In this document: positions 49,608-62,560 of the stretch, in pieces | Position numbering within the stretch: the stretch's first letter is position 1 | Layout: each line of letters begins with the position of its first letter | DNA from: Schmidtea polychroa | Lineage: Eukaryota | NCBI GenBank assembly: GCA_044892525.1 | Contig: CM097885.1 | Span: 236,036,001-236,100,000 of the forward strand | DNA length: 64,000 bases | Direction: 5' to 3' | Notes under the pieces: model-generated | What the model saw: the letters and a program-made list of their open reading frames with translations, nothing else | What the model was told of the DNA's origin: nothing | Database searches by the model: none | Made by a program: the position numbers and the translations under genes

Positions 49608-52600
49608 CAGGGCCTTGCCTGGGTATATGGCCGCCTGTGTGGTAGTATCCATGGCCGCCCTTTGAGATAACATCAAAATCAAAGAAAAAAATCACATTTT
49701 CATTCTTAATGTTTAGTATTATACTTATATATCTAATGTACAAATACATATTACCATTGAATATAAAACATTAATATGTTTTGGCACATCTATAAATCTA
49801 TGATATTACAATCAAAAATTTACTCTACGCGATTTTTTAGAGGCAAATTCTTCAATCGCCCCTTCAATATTTAAGGAATCAGCAATTTCACTTTCAATTG
49901 CAATAACTGATATATTACTGAGTCATTGAAGTTCTCAGGTGGTTTTTGATTATTTTTAAATTTGACAAACTTCGCTCTCAAGATGCAACAGATACTGGAA
50001 CTGTCAGTAAAAGTTTTAAACTTGTGGCGACATTTGGAAAAGAAGTCTCCAAGTTGTATTTGTATAAAAACTTTATGAGTTCTTCGGGCTGCTTTCTGTC
50101 TTTTATGATAATTTTTAGAGAAATTAACTCTTGATATAATTCTACGCCACTGATATCACAAGATTCACAATCTTTAAATTTATTATGGAGATCGAAACAA
50201 CTTTTTTTTATTTCCTCATGTTCCATATCAATAAATTTGTATAGAAATCCAAAACATTGTTCGAAATTTGACAAAGTTTCAAAACGGGTGGTAAGAGATG
50301 AAATAGCTGTATCTAGTATTTCATTGAAAAAATTTATTTGAAAATGTTCTATTGGAGTAAATTGGATATCTTCATCTTCTTCATAGCTAAATTGTTTTCG
50401 GTGATGTCGGCGACGTACACTAATTTCAGCAGGAAAATCCGGTTATGTTTCAAGTGCTTTACAAAGTTCATTAAAAATCTGCAAATAATTTTCGAAACTT
50501 TCGTCATTATCAAATGCTTTTGAAAAATTTCAAAACTTCCTTAATTGATTCAGCACACGAACTGATATTCCAAGAAACTTTCTGCATCATTTTGCTAATA
50601 AAATCTACCTTTTCCAAGATTTCGTACCATATTATTATTGAAGAAATAAATTTATAAGATTTAAGTCTCATTGCCAAACATTCAGCTTCATGTCGAACTG
50701 TTTTGGCATTGAAGATTCCTCAGATATTTCTATAAGGCTGTCATAAATTTCACCTAATTCATTTCGCAGTGGTCTAATCGCTTTAATTCTTGCTTCCATC
50801 GAGTTTCACTAACTTGTTTCAATGTTAAAGATTTTACATTTTGCTTTAAAACTTGCCATCTAAAATGGTGATCCACTGAAAAAGTTGTATATAGCAGATA
50901 CATTACTGAAAAAATCCACCGTTGAAAACGAAACTTTAGCTGCATCATTAATGCCAAATTTAATGTATGCGCGTTGCATGGCATAAACAGAGCTCGTGGA
51001 TAATTGTCCAAAAATCGTTTTTGCAATCCTTTATGTTTTCCGGACATATTAGACCCATTATCGTATCCCTGGCCCCTCATATCGTTAATATTTAATTCAA
51101 GATAGTTTAACTTTTGAATTAGGAGTCCTTAAAAAGATTCTCCAGTACATTTTTCAGCTTGATAAAAGCCAATGAAATTTTCTCTTACTTCAACTTCATA
51201 ATTTTTAATATGTACATACCTAATAATCATTGTAATTTGCTCGACATGTCCAGTGTTCGGTGTACAGTCCAAAATGACTGAAAAATATTTTGCCTCTTTT
51301 ATTGATGTTAATATATATTTTTGAATTTGGGTTGCAAGGATAGTGATTATTTCATTTTGAAAGTGATTTCCCAGGTAATGTGGCACGTGGTTCTTTAAAG
51401 CGATTGGTTCTTGTACGCGTTTTATGTGGTCTGCCATTATATCATCAAATTTTCCTATCATTTCAATTGCTTTCAGAAAATTTCCATTATTTTTTTCGTA
51501 CAATTTGCTGGAAGAACCTCTAAAAGCTAAACGCTGTCTTGCTAGAAATTATACCACAGATATCATGCACCTGACAATTTGACACCATCGTTTTTTCTCG
51601 GCGTCATAATACCGTTGCATATTCTTATCAATTGTAGTTTTTCTTTTTAAATTTAATTCCAATTTTTTCCAACAGGTGCAATTTTCGATGTGCAGCGATG
51701 TTTTTTCGTGACAAAATAAGTTGTCAGATATGTGTTGCCAATTGTTGAAGCCTTCATTAACTAATTTTATTTCTTGTTTGCCAAATAATTTACAACAGAA
51801 GCAAAATGTGGCATCATTTTTTGGAGAATAGATTAACCACTCACGATTAAATTTTTCACCATTTGGCAGTTTTCTATAGAAATAGACCTTTGAAAATGAT
51901 CTTCCAAATTCATTTAGTTGATATGTAGATTGTATATTTTGAATGGGGCCTTTTTCAATTAAAATATCCAGCATTTTATTGGTAATTGTTAAAGACCAGC
52001 AAGCTGGATCATTTAGTTCTATACACATAGCAAAATATTCTTCATCAATTTCAGTGATATCGTCGATATTTGTAACTGCAATATCTCCTATTTCATCATT
52101 ATTACTAATATTGTCATTATCATTTGTATTTTCGGCAGATAATTCATTTTCATTGGAAAAAAATTCACTGCTTGGATTTGCTTGGCTACTGCAAGCATTT
52201 TGCATTTCTGGAGGTTTTTCCAAATATTTGGTTAGTGAACCAAAGATATTTTTAGCAACATGTTGTTTTTCTTCTCGCTTTCTTTTATACTGTGCTCCAG
52301 ACAATCTTTTCGTTTTTCTTCCAGTCATTCTTAGGCCTTTTACTAAAATGTTTAAAAATATCAATAAGGATTTATATTGAAATTAATTTATTATAGAATT
52401 AAATTCATTACCTTTTTCAACATTTTGTAACAAAGCGTTGGGTGAGGCGGTGAGGGAATCTGCACAAGCGCTTTCCGAGTTCGAATAGGGTTTTATTGCC
52501 ATGCAGCTGAGACGCTTGCCCTGCTATAGACAGACGGGTAAATCACATATTATAACACACACACGCGCGCTCCCAACTTACCTACAACCAGGTAGAGCAA

Positions 52601-53093
52601 CTGAACACACGTGAAAGATGAATTTGCACTTGATTCTGATATGGCCTATGCCGAGCGCATGTGAGCGCATACTGGCGCGTAGAACCCGTAGAACTCAGTA
52701 AGGTTAAAATCAGTTAGAATAAAGAGAGATATACTCTGTTCATCGTGGGTTAAAAAGAGTGTTCATCTCTCTTTATTCTTACATCACGGAGTTCTATTCG
52801 GCCACTGCGCCCGGATGCGCTCGCCAATAAGCGCACAGAATAATATTCTGTGATAGGCGCAGCTGAAAAACAATTAGTACGCCATAGAGCGCAATGATAA
52901 TGATTACAATTGACGAATTGACAACAACACTCAACTATTTGACAATTTACTTCGATTATATATGACTATGACTATATATTAACATTGTTATTTTGCTTTT
53001 TAATTTTTTTTTGTTTTTCTGGTCGTCAGGCTGCCTTTTAATTTGGCCGCCTGCGTGCAGCGCACGTAATGAGCGCCGGTCAGGCACGGCCTG
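49608..53093 (-). mobile_element. Full-length but disrupted hAT transposon (3.49 kb) with 8-bp TSD TATGCCAC
   Basis: TATGCCAC|CAGGGCCTTGCCTG ... CAGGCACGGCCTG|TATGCCAC. ORF chain 52364-49820: WLIYS..FCFCCKLF, YFSVILDCTP..HVEQ, RGQGYDNGSNMSG, PCNAHTLNL, PVSVAS. Confidence 0.95.
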
Positions 53094-53781
53094 TATGCCA
53101 CAAATATCTAATATGTAAATATTTAAAAATACATAAGCGTATAACTTATTATTTATAGTGAATAATTTATAATAAAATTAATTAAAAAATGGCTTTGTAT
53201 GAACGTATGAAACACTTTTTTATAATTCTAATTATAAAAGTAGAAAAATATGGTTTTCGCAACAGCATAAATTAAATACTATTTATCTGATAAATAATAA
53301 AATAAGTATTTTTAAGAAGTTTCAAAACTTAGCCCGAATTTTGAATGTTTGTTTCTGTTTTCTTCAAAATTAATTTTCTGCATTTCATTTGGATGTAAAT
53401 TTACACTAGTATTCAGTAGAGTGCAAAGTATGATGCCGTTTTACTTCATTTCGTTTTATGATTATTCATTTCTACAATATTTTTGAAATTATTTATTTTT
53501 GATTGTGTTAATAATAACCAATTAGTAATCTGCAAATATTTATTAAATTAAAATACAAATACAAATTATTGCCTAAATCTGGTATTATTAAAACACCCGA
53601 TTTAAATGGCGAATTAATTAATTAAATAATAATGCTAATTATGCGTGCCAGCATTTATAATTATTATACTTTTACTTATAATACAAAATATATTTTATTT
53701 ATAAATTAATTATTTAAATATCCCTAACAGATTGTAATGTCAAATATATCTCACACTAAATGATTATTGTATTGGAATCGA

Positions 53782-53782
<1 letters not shown>

Positions 53783-53861
<79 letters not shown>

Positions 53862-53947
53862 TGACAAGGACTATCGTATAGTCGAAAATTCTTTCATTAA
53901 ATACATTATTTGCAGCAAAAGGCTTAAATTATCATTTTATTGTTTTA

Positions 53948-54029
<82 letters not shown>

Positions 54030-54115
54030 TGACAAGGACTATCGTATAGTCGAAAATTCTTTCATTAAATACATTATTTGCAGCAAAAGGCTTAAATTAT
54101 CATTTTATTGTTTTA

Positions 54116-54166
<51 letters not shown>

Positions 54167-54167
54167 T
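53783..54167. repeat. (AAT)n tracts separating two identical ~90-bp units (tandem duplication)
   Basis: attgacaaggactatcgtatagtcg...ttgttttaaat occurs at ~53860 and ~54028. Confidence 0.93.
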
Positions 54168-55964
54168 TAGTATAATTTTAAGTGTATTTGAATTTATATT
54201 ATTTTACAAATGAATTATTATTGATGTGATGCGAAAAATTAAAAAACCATCAAATTTTAAAATTGAAATAATTTTAAAATTTATTTATATGGAACTTAAT
54301 TTTCGTCTTAACAAAACAAATGTTTAAAGTTTAAGTCGTACCGTTTTTATGAATGATGCGTGATTGAAATTTTTATTGTCGATTTTAAATAATTAGTATT
54401 TGTCTCAAAAAAATATTGTTTTTATAATAATAATTAAAATATTATTATACGACCTTTTTTCAATTTCCCCTACTGATTTCTTTTCAATTGACATTGTATT
54501 GATTAAAAAACTTGACTATGAATCAGTGAAGTTATCGATGATTCATAATCAAATTTTATAATAAATACAATGTAAAATATTATTATATTACAACTTGCAC
54601 AACAATAAATTTTAGAATTATGAGTGAAGATTTAAATGCTATTGCCTCCAATAAAAACCATGACTATTAAGACAATTTTTAAATCAACAAAATAAATTTT
54701 ATTATGTTTTTAAAAGATTAATTGTTTAAATTGTATAAATTATGCTTCATTCGATCAAGGAGAATCGATTTTGAGTAAACATTGAAATAAAAGTGTCATG
54801 TTATCCATTGAAAGGAGATTTAAAAAATTTTTCAATTGAAAATTATTTCGATTATTTAAATAATAATATAATTATTTATTATTTTTATTTCTCATAAATA
54901 AGTTACTAAATTGAAAATTACCAAATACAAAACTCAACACTGGAAATCGGTATTTTGAAATTGAACGAAAAAGTCAAGCAAAATTTTATTATTAATTGTT
55001 TAATTACTAAACAACACACTCAATTAATTTTGTTCCACATTTGTAAACAAATGAATAAATTAAAAAGGTAAACTTTGTTAACGAACAAATTTCATGAATA
55101 AAGTACAATTTTGTTTTATCAGTTTCCAATAATTCCTAATAACCACAGGAAACCGGCAAGTGCCAGGTTGCCATAGCAACGGTAATTAAGTATGATTAAT
55201 TAGTTTTCCGAAACTAATGCAATTGTGATATTTCAATATCCGCGATAAATATCTAGTAAACCTAGAAAGATAAATATCATAAATTAATCAAAATTATGAC
55301 AGACATGAATGTTCCATGTTGTTTTGATGCAGACATCATTTTTATTGTTTCCTATTTAAATTCACTAATTGGTTTTCGAAATAAGCGCCGAAAGATTTCT
55401 AATGTAAATCAAGATGATGGGCTATATAGTTTGAGATTTTCAATTTCAATTCCGATTTTAATGCGAGAATTCATGATTGGAATTAAACAGCCAACGATAT
55501 TAGTAAATCATTTATTGTCTTTACTTTTGATTTGTTTTAATTTACAATTTCGATTTTTAATTTCTTTCAGATTAGAATCTTGATATATCGTTTCAAGTGA
55601 TTTAATCCTAATTAACCCTAATTTGCAAGAAAAGAGAAATTTATATCACAATTAATAATACAGTAGTAAAATATGATAAAAATAATAAAAAAACACAAAT
55701 GACACTCATGAATGTTACCACTACAGCGACTTATATCTAAATAATTAGGAACTTTAATTTCTTTTGTCTGCAGATAATTTGTAAAATTAAAAATTAACAT
55801 TATCATACATATAAATAAGATATATTGTAGAAAAACATTTATATAATAGATAATTTAAAGTTTTATAAGTATGAATTGACATACAAAATTATACCGATAA
55901 AAGAAAAAGGCGACAATTGAGTGCGTATCAATAAAAGCGAACAGCAAAAGAGCGAATATAATTA

Positions 55965-56920
55965 CACCAATCCCTCGATATACGCGGTAGATACGTTCCA
56001 AGAAACTAACGCGCAAATCGAAACCGCGTAAATTGAGACTGCGAGTTCATATAAAGTAAGGGGATAGGTTCCAGAAACTCGCGTAAAACGAGGCATAAAA
56101 AGTTACAATTTTATTCAGAAATAGATTTAAAAAATCGACATTTAATTTTAAATTGTAAAATTTATAACATGTTCATAGTTAAAAGGTATATTAAAAGGAA
56201 TAATTGTAATTTAATTATTCCGCCTCCTCACTACTATATTCTTATTCAACCAATTTTCTTTTTGATTGGGTCGAAATCGCTACTATCATCGGATTCAAAT
56301 CTAGTAGCGTGCTCTTTTTCTCGTCTTATTAAATAGTCTGTAACCAATTTTTGTGTTTTTTTTTAAATCTTTGTAAATTTCAATGTATTGCGCGCAAAGG
56401 CTTTTAATGTCTCGCTGAAATTTAACAGCACGGTCAATATCAGGATCAGTGGCCAATTGTAAAATTTCAGAAATGTCTTTACACGTAAATTTATTTGGTT
56501 TATTATTATTATTTGAGAGACACTTGCCATCAAATATGTTTGATTTCATTAAAAAAATATTATTTTTTAGGACCGCTGTAAGGAGTTAGTAAACCCCTAT
56601 GTAAAATTATTAATGGTTAAATGGTAGAAGTGAGTTAGTAGAAATAATTTTTTTCTGTTAAATTTTTATATTTAAATTATATATTAAATTATATCATATA
56701 TTAAATTATATTAAATTAAATCAATTAAATGTATGACCGGTAATTACATTAATATTAATAATTATCACGCCTCGGCGTTTAAATACGTTAGTAAACGACA
56801 CAGTTTTGAAGTTGTTATAAAAAATAAATGCTTGAAGAAAATTTGAATTTAATTGCGTCTAACAACCGCGATAAAGTGAAACCGCGTAAAATATGTACCG
56901 CGTAATTCGAGGGATTGGTG
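55965..56920 (-). mobile_element. Pogo/Tigger-like deletion derivative, TA TSD
   Basis: TA|CACCAATCCCTCGATATACGCGGTA ... TACCGCGTAATTCGAGGGATTGGTG|TA. ORF 56301-56549 (DPDIDRAVKF..Y.EIYK) resembles a Tigger C-terminus. Confidence 0.88.
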
Positions 56921-57465
56921 TACTCTTATAATTAATATTACATTAATAATTATAATTAATGAGTTGGATTCGAGTAGATTTCTAACAAATATTGGAAAGA
57001 TTTCAAAAGAATATGCAATAAAAAGAATATATATGGCTAAATTAATAAATTAAAATTTGATTAAACAGGAATGAAATTAAAGAACCAAAAATGTATATAT
57101 ATAGGAAAGAAAATTTTAAATTTTCTATGAAAATGTATTAATTACTATCTTTAAAAATTGTAAACGATGGTTTTTGCTAGTATTTTGCTAGTATTCGATG
57201 GCCATACCTTCAAAAGAAAAAATTCAAATAATTCTAATTTGTGACGAAAAACGAATCGATAATACAAAGGTTAATATAACCACCATTCTTTAAAGATACA
57301 AAAACATTTATATAATATTACATACAGCACACATAAAGGAAATACCAAAGATCATACTCATAGATATACACCTAATTCCGAAATATAAATTTATAATCTA
57401 AAAAAACCGATTAAGTTATAGTATAGGAACACACAAACTTACTTGTGTGTAAAAATTAAATGTTT

Positions 57466-59200
57466 TGTTGGGTTATTGGGCCGTTGGTGAAATTTAAATT
57501 TAATGAATTATTTTAGTTGACTCACACAACAATTAACACTGGAAACTTTATTGAATATCACAAATATTTTCACAATGATACAATTGACTCAAAAACCCTA
57601 CTACTGATTACACAGTGCTCATTACAACACTATAGTGAAGAATAGCACGCGCGTATAATTCTGATTTCACAAATCTCTCAAAACTGAGGACTATAACAAT
57701 TGGTAATTTAACTGGTTGTTTTCTAGTTTGACTTGGATTTAATTGCCGAACTTTACTCTGTTATTAACTGAATAAACTCCAGCTGCTTATCCATTTAATT
57801 CTGCTTTCTTGTCTCGAATTCTACTTTTAACTCTTCTCTAAGCATCTCTCTTTAAGTTTCTCAGCTTCAATTCTCATCAGATTCTCCAAATAAATGTCGT
57901 CGTATTACCTCAATTATTCTGTTCTTTGTCCAATATTATGTCTCAAATTTTCTGTCGCAACTCTGTTCCACAATATTTTGTCTCAAATGTTTTCTCGCAA
58001 ATGTTCTCTCTTAATCGTTCTGTCACGCTATTTCTCTCTTAACATTCCAGAGGGCGCGTTGGGTCTCACAGACCCAGACAATCTTTGATGGTTTTTTACT
58101 TTTTACTTTTTACCGTTTTTTTTACTGGTTTGTCTTACTGTTTTGTCTTACTGTTTTTGGCATATGTATTATATATCTACGTAATATATATCTACGAAAT
58201 ATATATCTACGAATCCGTCCAAACAAAACAAATAACCAAGAATATATAAACGATCTTCTTAGCGCGCGCTCTGCAGGGTTAACTGTTCTGTTTGCTTCTG
58301 CTGTACTTCATCCTTTTATACCTCTTCACTTTGTGGCACTTTAGTTTATCTTTAATTTTCCATTTTTCAAACATAGTTTATCGACTTTTCCTGCAATAGA
58401 GTTATTGGTTAATTATCATCGCAGACTCAGATCCACTGCCATCGTGGATTAGCAATTCGATTTCGCTTTCAGGTAACAAATCATAAAGTTTAGCTCCATT
58501 AGATCCATTCTTACAAGAAATATCATAAAACCTTTTGGAAGTGTCATTAGTTTCGGTTGTCATATAAATCTCTTCAAAGAACAACAAAGATGAGTAAATA
58601 ATGAAATCGTTATGTTCAACAATCTTTGATCTTTCCCAATCGTCAAAACCATGATATGATAAATTTTAGTCATTATTGGATTACATAACTTCTCCAATTC
58701 TTTATAATGGTAGTCAAACTCATCCTTTATCGCCTGTTGATTCTTTTCAAACCAATTTATCACTTCTTGACATTTATCAGTTATCAGTTTTCTATCTAAT
58801 TCAGAAATTACAGATCAGGTGCAATCTCTTCGGGTTTTACTCGGCTATACGCACACAGACGTGACCCTTAAACTCAGGATTGACCAGTTATCTTTAACAG
58901 CTGTCAAGATATTCTCTAGTTTTTTTCCTTTTTGCCGCTCCGATCTGTTTTCTTTTTGTTCCCATTATCTCTGACAAGCTGTCGAGATAAGTACATTGTT
59001 GTTGTTTCTGTTTTTCCCGATTTCAAAATTCCTTTTCCTTTTGTACTAATAAATTAGTAATGACCTTTATTTTAATTCCATGTTTGCTTTCTTTTGTTCG
59101 TATTATCTTTCTCATTTCTTGTTTATTTTTAATTCCGTTTTCATTTCGGAGTTCCCATAGATCACCTCGTTTGTCATCACGATTTTCCCCATGTAATTTT
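57466..59200. mobile_element. LTR-related sequence of the same family as 29628-30240, rearranged or interrupted
   Basis: Same TGTTGGGTTATTGGG start; 58890-59195 matches 29890-30190 (ttcccatagatc..cgtttgtcat.acgat). Right end and TSD not resolved. Confidence 0.5.
58655..58800 (-). pseudogene. Hsp70 C-terminal lid fragment
   Basis: [33 protein letters not shown] resembles the conserved cytosolic Hsp70 W...NQ.AEK.EF....KELE..CNPI.TKLY. Confidence 0.8.
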
Positions 59201-59573
59201 ATTAATTTTTTCGTAAATTTGTTATTTAAGTACATACATACAAACACAGACAAATAATAAAAAATACATGCAAATTTTTAAGAGGGTTTTCCATTTTAAA
59301 ATTTAAAGGTGATTAACTTATTATTATTTTCAATTTATTAAAAAAATTCGTGAAAAACCATTTTGATAAATTTTTTGTAAAGAAAATGACGAAAAAGATC
59401 TACGTAAGATTTATAAGATTATTTAAAAATTTAATATTTTTTTAGAATTTCAGATATTATAATTAGTATACTTATAATGAAAACAAATATCTAATTTTCT
59501 GGTTTAGGAAATAGTTTCGCTATAAAAGCTATAAGTGAAGTAGGGTAACGTGTGAACCCGGGAACAAAGAACT

Positions 59574-59645
59574 ATTACGTAATCGATGACGTCACAAAGG
59601 AAATTACGTCATACCCCCTCCCCCGCCCCCCTCCCGGGGGGGGGT
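59574..59645. promoter_or_regulatory. Cluster of bZIP-type sites and a GC-rich tract in the terminal region
   Basis: ATTACGTAAT (59574-83), TGACGTCA (59587-94, canonical CRE/ATF), TTACGTCA (59604-11), then CCCCCTCCCCCGCCCCCC..GGGGGGGGG. Confidence 0.45.
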
Positions 59646-60019
59646 AAATTTTTTTTTAAAACTTTTTTTTAAAAATTTTTTGTTTTTACGTTGCGGTATT
59701 TTAAAATATATTACGTTGCGGTATTTTAAAATTTAAATTAAAAAACTTATTTTGACGGTTAAGTTGACAAAATAAAATTATTGCACATACTTTGTATATA
59801 TATTCTATCCGACAAGATATTCTGTCCCCCCTATGGTCACACACACAATGTATAAAAAATAATATTAGTGTCCACACATGCAACAAGTTATTATTATTAC
59901 TATTATTATTATTATTAATCTATATACTCCGAGTCTATCCGACAAGATTTTCTGTCCCCCTATGGTCACACACACACACAATGTATAAAAAATAATATTA
60001 GTGTCCACACATGCAACAA

Positions 60020-60112
<93 letters not shown>

Positions 60113-60298
60113 CTATATACTCCGAGTCTATCCGACAAGATATTTTGTCCCCCCTATGGGTATTGGTCACAAGGGTAAAGGTCACAAAGGTAAAGGTCAC
60201 AAAGGTACTGTTAAAAAATATTCAAGACAAAAATTTAACAAAGAAAATCTAAATATTATACTTTAAATTATACTAAAATATTATACTAGAATATTATA

Positions 60299-60657
60299 CT
60301 AAAATGTATTAACACATTCACATTCATCATCTCCACAGTTCATAACATTTTCAACAACATGATCTATACATTCCCTATATACACACGGTTCAGTATCCGT
60401 AAATTCCTCCATAGGTTCATCAATTTCTTGAATGCTTTCCTCATCATCTTGAGTGTTTTCTTCATCTGTTTCATCAAATCCCAAATCTTCACTCTCTGCT
60501 ACCCAGTCTATATTTAATGCGTTTGTAACAGATAATATATCCTCCATTTTCACACCAGATATTTCTGCTAATTTTTCCAATAAAAAGTTTATTATAAATT
60601 CTAAATATTAAATAATTTGATAATTAACTAATCATATTAACCTTTTTCTGTAGTCAT
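60299..60657 (-). CDS. Small acidic, Cys-tailed Polinton accessory protein with two exons (60657-60642, 60600-60299)
   Basis: ATG ACT ACA GAA AAA G|GTTAAT..41 nt..TTTAG|AA TTT joins in frame to give MTTEKEFIINFLLEKLAEISGVKMEDIL...CGDDECECVNTF*. Confidence 0.62.
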
Positions 60658-60670
60658 TATTAGTATTTTA

Positions 60671-60766
<96 letters not shown>

Positions 60767-61154
60767 CTAAATCCGTTTGCAAGTTATTAGGATGTCCATC
60801 TTTAAATAAATCATTAACAGCTTTAGACATTTCATCTGCAGATTTTGCCTTGACGGGTATTCCTCGGGCAAACCGGCTGAATACATCAATACATGTTAAA
60901 ATATATTTATACCCATTGTTAATTTTCGAATAGGGTATCATCTCCATCAAATCCATTTGCCATAAATCATTTATTTCATATGTTTTATATGCTCTTGTTG
61001 GGAATCGTTTCTGCATTGGTTTGTTCAAACTGTACGCAAGCTGGTCTGATAACCACTTCTGGGTTTCCTTTTTCGAATTCGGAACTCTTTTGTTTAATTT
61101 TGCCACTCCACCAAAACCGGCTTCGTCTTCCGGGTTCGTCCAAATCTTCTCCAT
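60767..61154 (-). pseudogene. Polinton integrase 5' half, truncated at an (ATT)n tract
   Basis: NPEDEAGFGG..KWLSDQLAYSLNKP..FPTR..DLWQMDL..NNGYKYILTCIDVFSRF..P..LQTDLG. The sequence then runs GTATTATT into (ATT)n (60678-60764). Confidence 0.92.
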
Positions 61155-61212
61155 TACAACAAGAAGATTTAATATTTAATTTAATGTCTGGTAATGAAGG
61201 ATTAGCACCCAT
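60985..61212 (-). CDS. 75-aa ORF with N-myristoylation-like start, overlapping the integrase in another frame
   Basis: MGANPS fits M-G-x-x-x-S; a CC pair follows. Starts 3 bp after the upstream stop codon. Confidence 0.4.
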   Translation of the reverse strand: MGANPSLPDIKLNIKSSCCNGEDLDEPGRRSRFWWSGKIKQKSSEFEKGNPEVVIRPACVQFEQTNAETIPNKSI

Positions 61213-61215
61213 TGT

Positions 61216-61718
61216 TTATGATCGACTTCCTATTATTCCACCTAATAATGATATTGCTAAAGGTATCAATGCACCGATAAATCCCCCTTGTTGTTTATAT
61301 AAAATTTTCTCATTTGTTGACGATTTTTATTATTTACTAATGATAGCAAAGGTTTCCTATGTTTACTCAATAATTGCTTTTTAGATTTACTGATTTTAAG
61401 CTTGCCTTTGACTACTTTAAGTATAATATCGAGTAAATCATCGACAACATAATTTGGAAAAGATTGCAAAATACTGTTTCTTTTCATACTTGGTGCCTTT
61501 AACAATGTATTGAAAAACGGGAAACTCCGATGATTTTTAACAACTTTTACTTTCTTAGTGGTTTTACTTTTAGGTTTAGGTTTAGAATTTTTCGAAATAA
61601 GATTCATTGCAGGAAAATTTTCTGTAATAAGTTCTTTAGATGGAGTATAACTAGTTGTTGGTGGAACTTTTGGTTGTTTTTTACTCGATATCCTTGTTTT
61701 TGATTTACGTGTTTTCAA
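61216..61718 (-). CDS. Basic Polinton virion protein ending in Q-Q-G-G-F plus hydrophobic helix (one apparent 1-bp frameshift near 61300)
   Basis: ..LLDIILKVVKGKLKISKSKKQLLSKHRKPL.., then in a shifted frame YKQQGGFIGALIPLAISLLGGIIGSRS*. Located just after the ATPase. Confidence 0.7.
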
Positions 61719-62196
61719 ATTTGTTTTGAACTTTGTTTATAAACCATGGCACCTTTTGGGTTGAAAATATCTGTTTTTACTGGTAAATCATCGGGACATT
61801 GTTGTGTGAAATCGAGAAATATATACCCATGAGGTATTTTCGTAGCATCTTGAAATGCATTGATAAGAAAATTACGGTTATTAGGGTATGCTTGTCGTCC
61901 AAGAAAATCAATGACAGTTGCATCTCTAGGATTCTTGAAAATAACTAAATATTGTACATTTAAATTACGTGTTCGATGTGCACCACCTTGATGAAATAGA
62001 TTTTGTGTTATGAAAATAACTGTTACACCAACATGTCTGCTGATTTTTGTGAATAAATTATTAAAATCCTTTTCTTTATTGGCTTCTTGATACAAATCAT
62101 CGATAATGATGACATCACCTTTCTTCAAACGACTTGAACAGTTTTTATCAAAACCCTTTACTATTTTCATGTTTTTCAATTGACAGAAACTTGATT
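61715..62196 (-). pseudogene. Packaging ATPase, 5'-truncated inverted duplicate (lacks Walker A)
   Basis: IIIDDL..FTKISRH..VIFITQNLF..YLVIFKNPRD..HGYIFLD; reverse complement of 63404 onward. Confidence 0.92.
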
Positions 62197-62560
62197 ACCA
62201 AAGACCATTCAATATATCTCTGGTAGCGGAAATTGCAACAGCTACAACCCAAACTGCAAGGGTATTCTACTTCTACTTCCTTCATTGTTCTTCCAATCTT
62301 CACATCCCAGAGAAATGTATTGATAATATCGAAAATCCAGATTCTGGTTTCATTGTAAATTAAATCTGGGATTATTGCAACATCTCGATCTTTGAGAATA
62401 TCATACATTTGTGGGCAATAAAAATACAATCTTTCCAGTATTATTGCATGATATTCATCTGTAAATAATAATAATAATAATATGATAAATACAATTAAAA
62501 TTTACCATAATGTTCATGTTCTTTCATGGCTGCTATAGCTGAACTTTGAATATTGTACAT
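62197..62560 (-). CDS. Unknown Cys-containing accessory protein with two exons (62560-62506, 62458-62197), cut by the inversion breakpoint
   Basis: MYNIQSSAIAAMKEHEHY-G|GTAAAT..47 nt..TTACAG|AT-EYHAIILERLYFYCPQMYDILK..YPCSLGCSCCNFRY is in frame. CCAAT boxes upstream at ~62613 and ~62628. Confidence 0.68.

Noticed and set aside
51943..52380. Antisense ORFs (also 12858-13091, 15201-15383, 37718-37978, 60980-61384, 63126-63359)
   Set aside because: Shadows of real coding sequence on the opposite strand.
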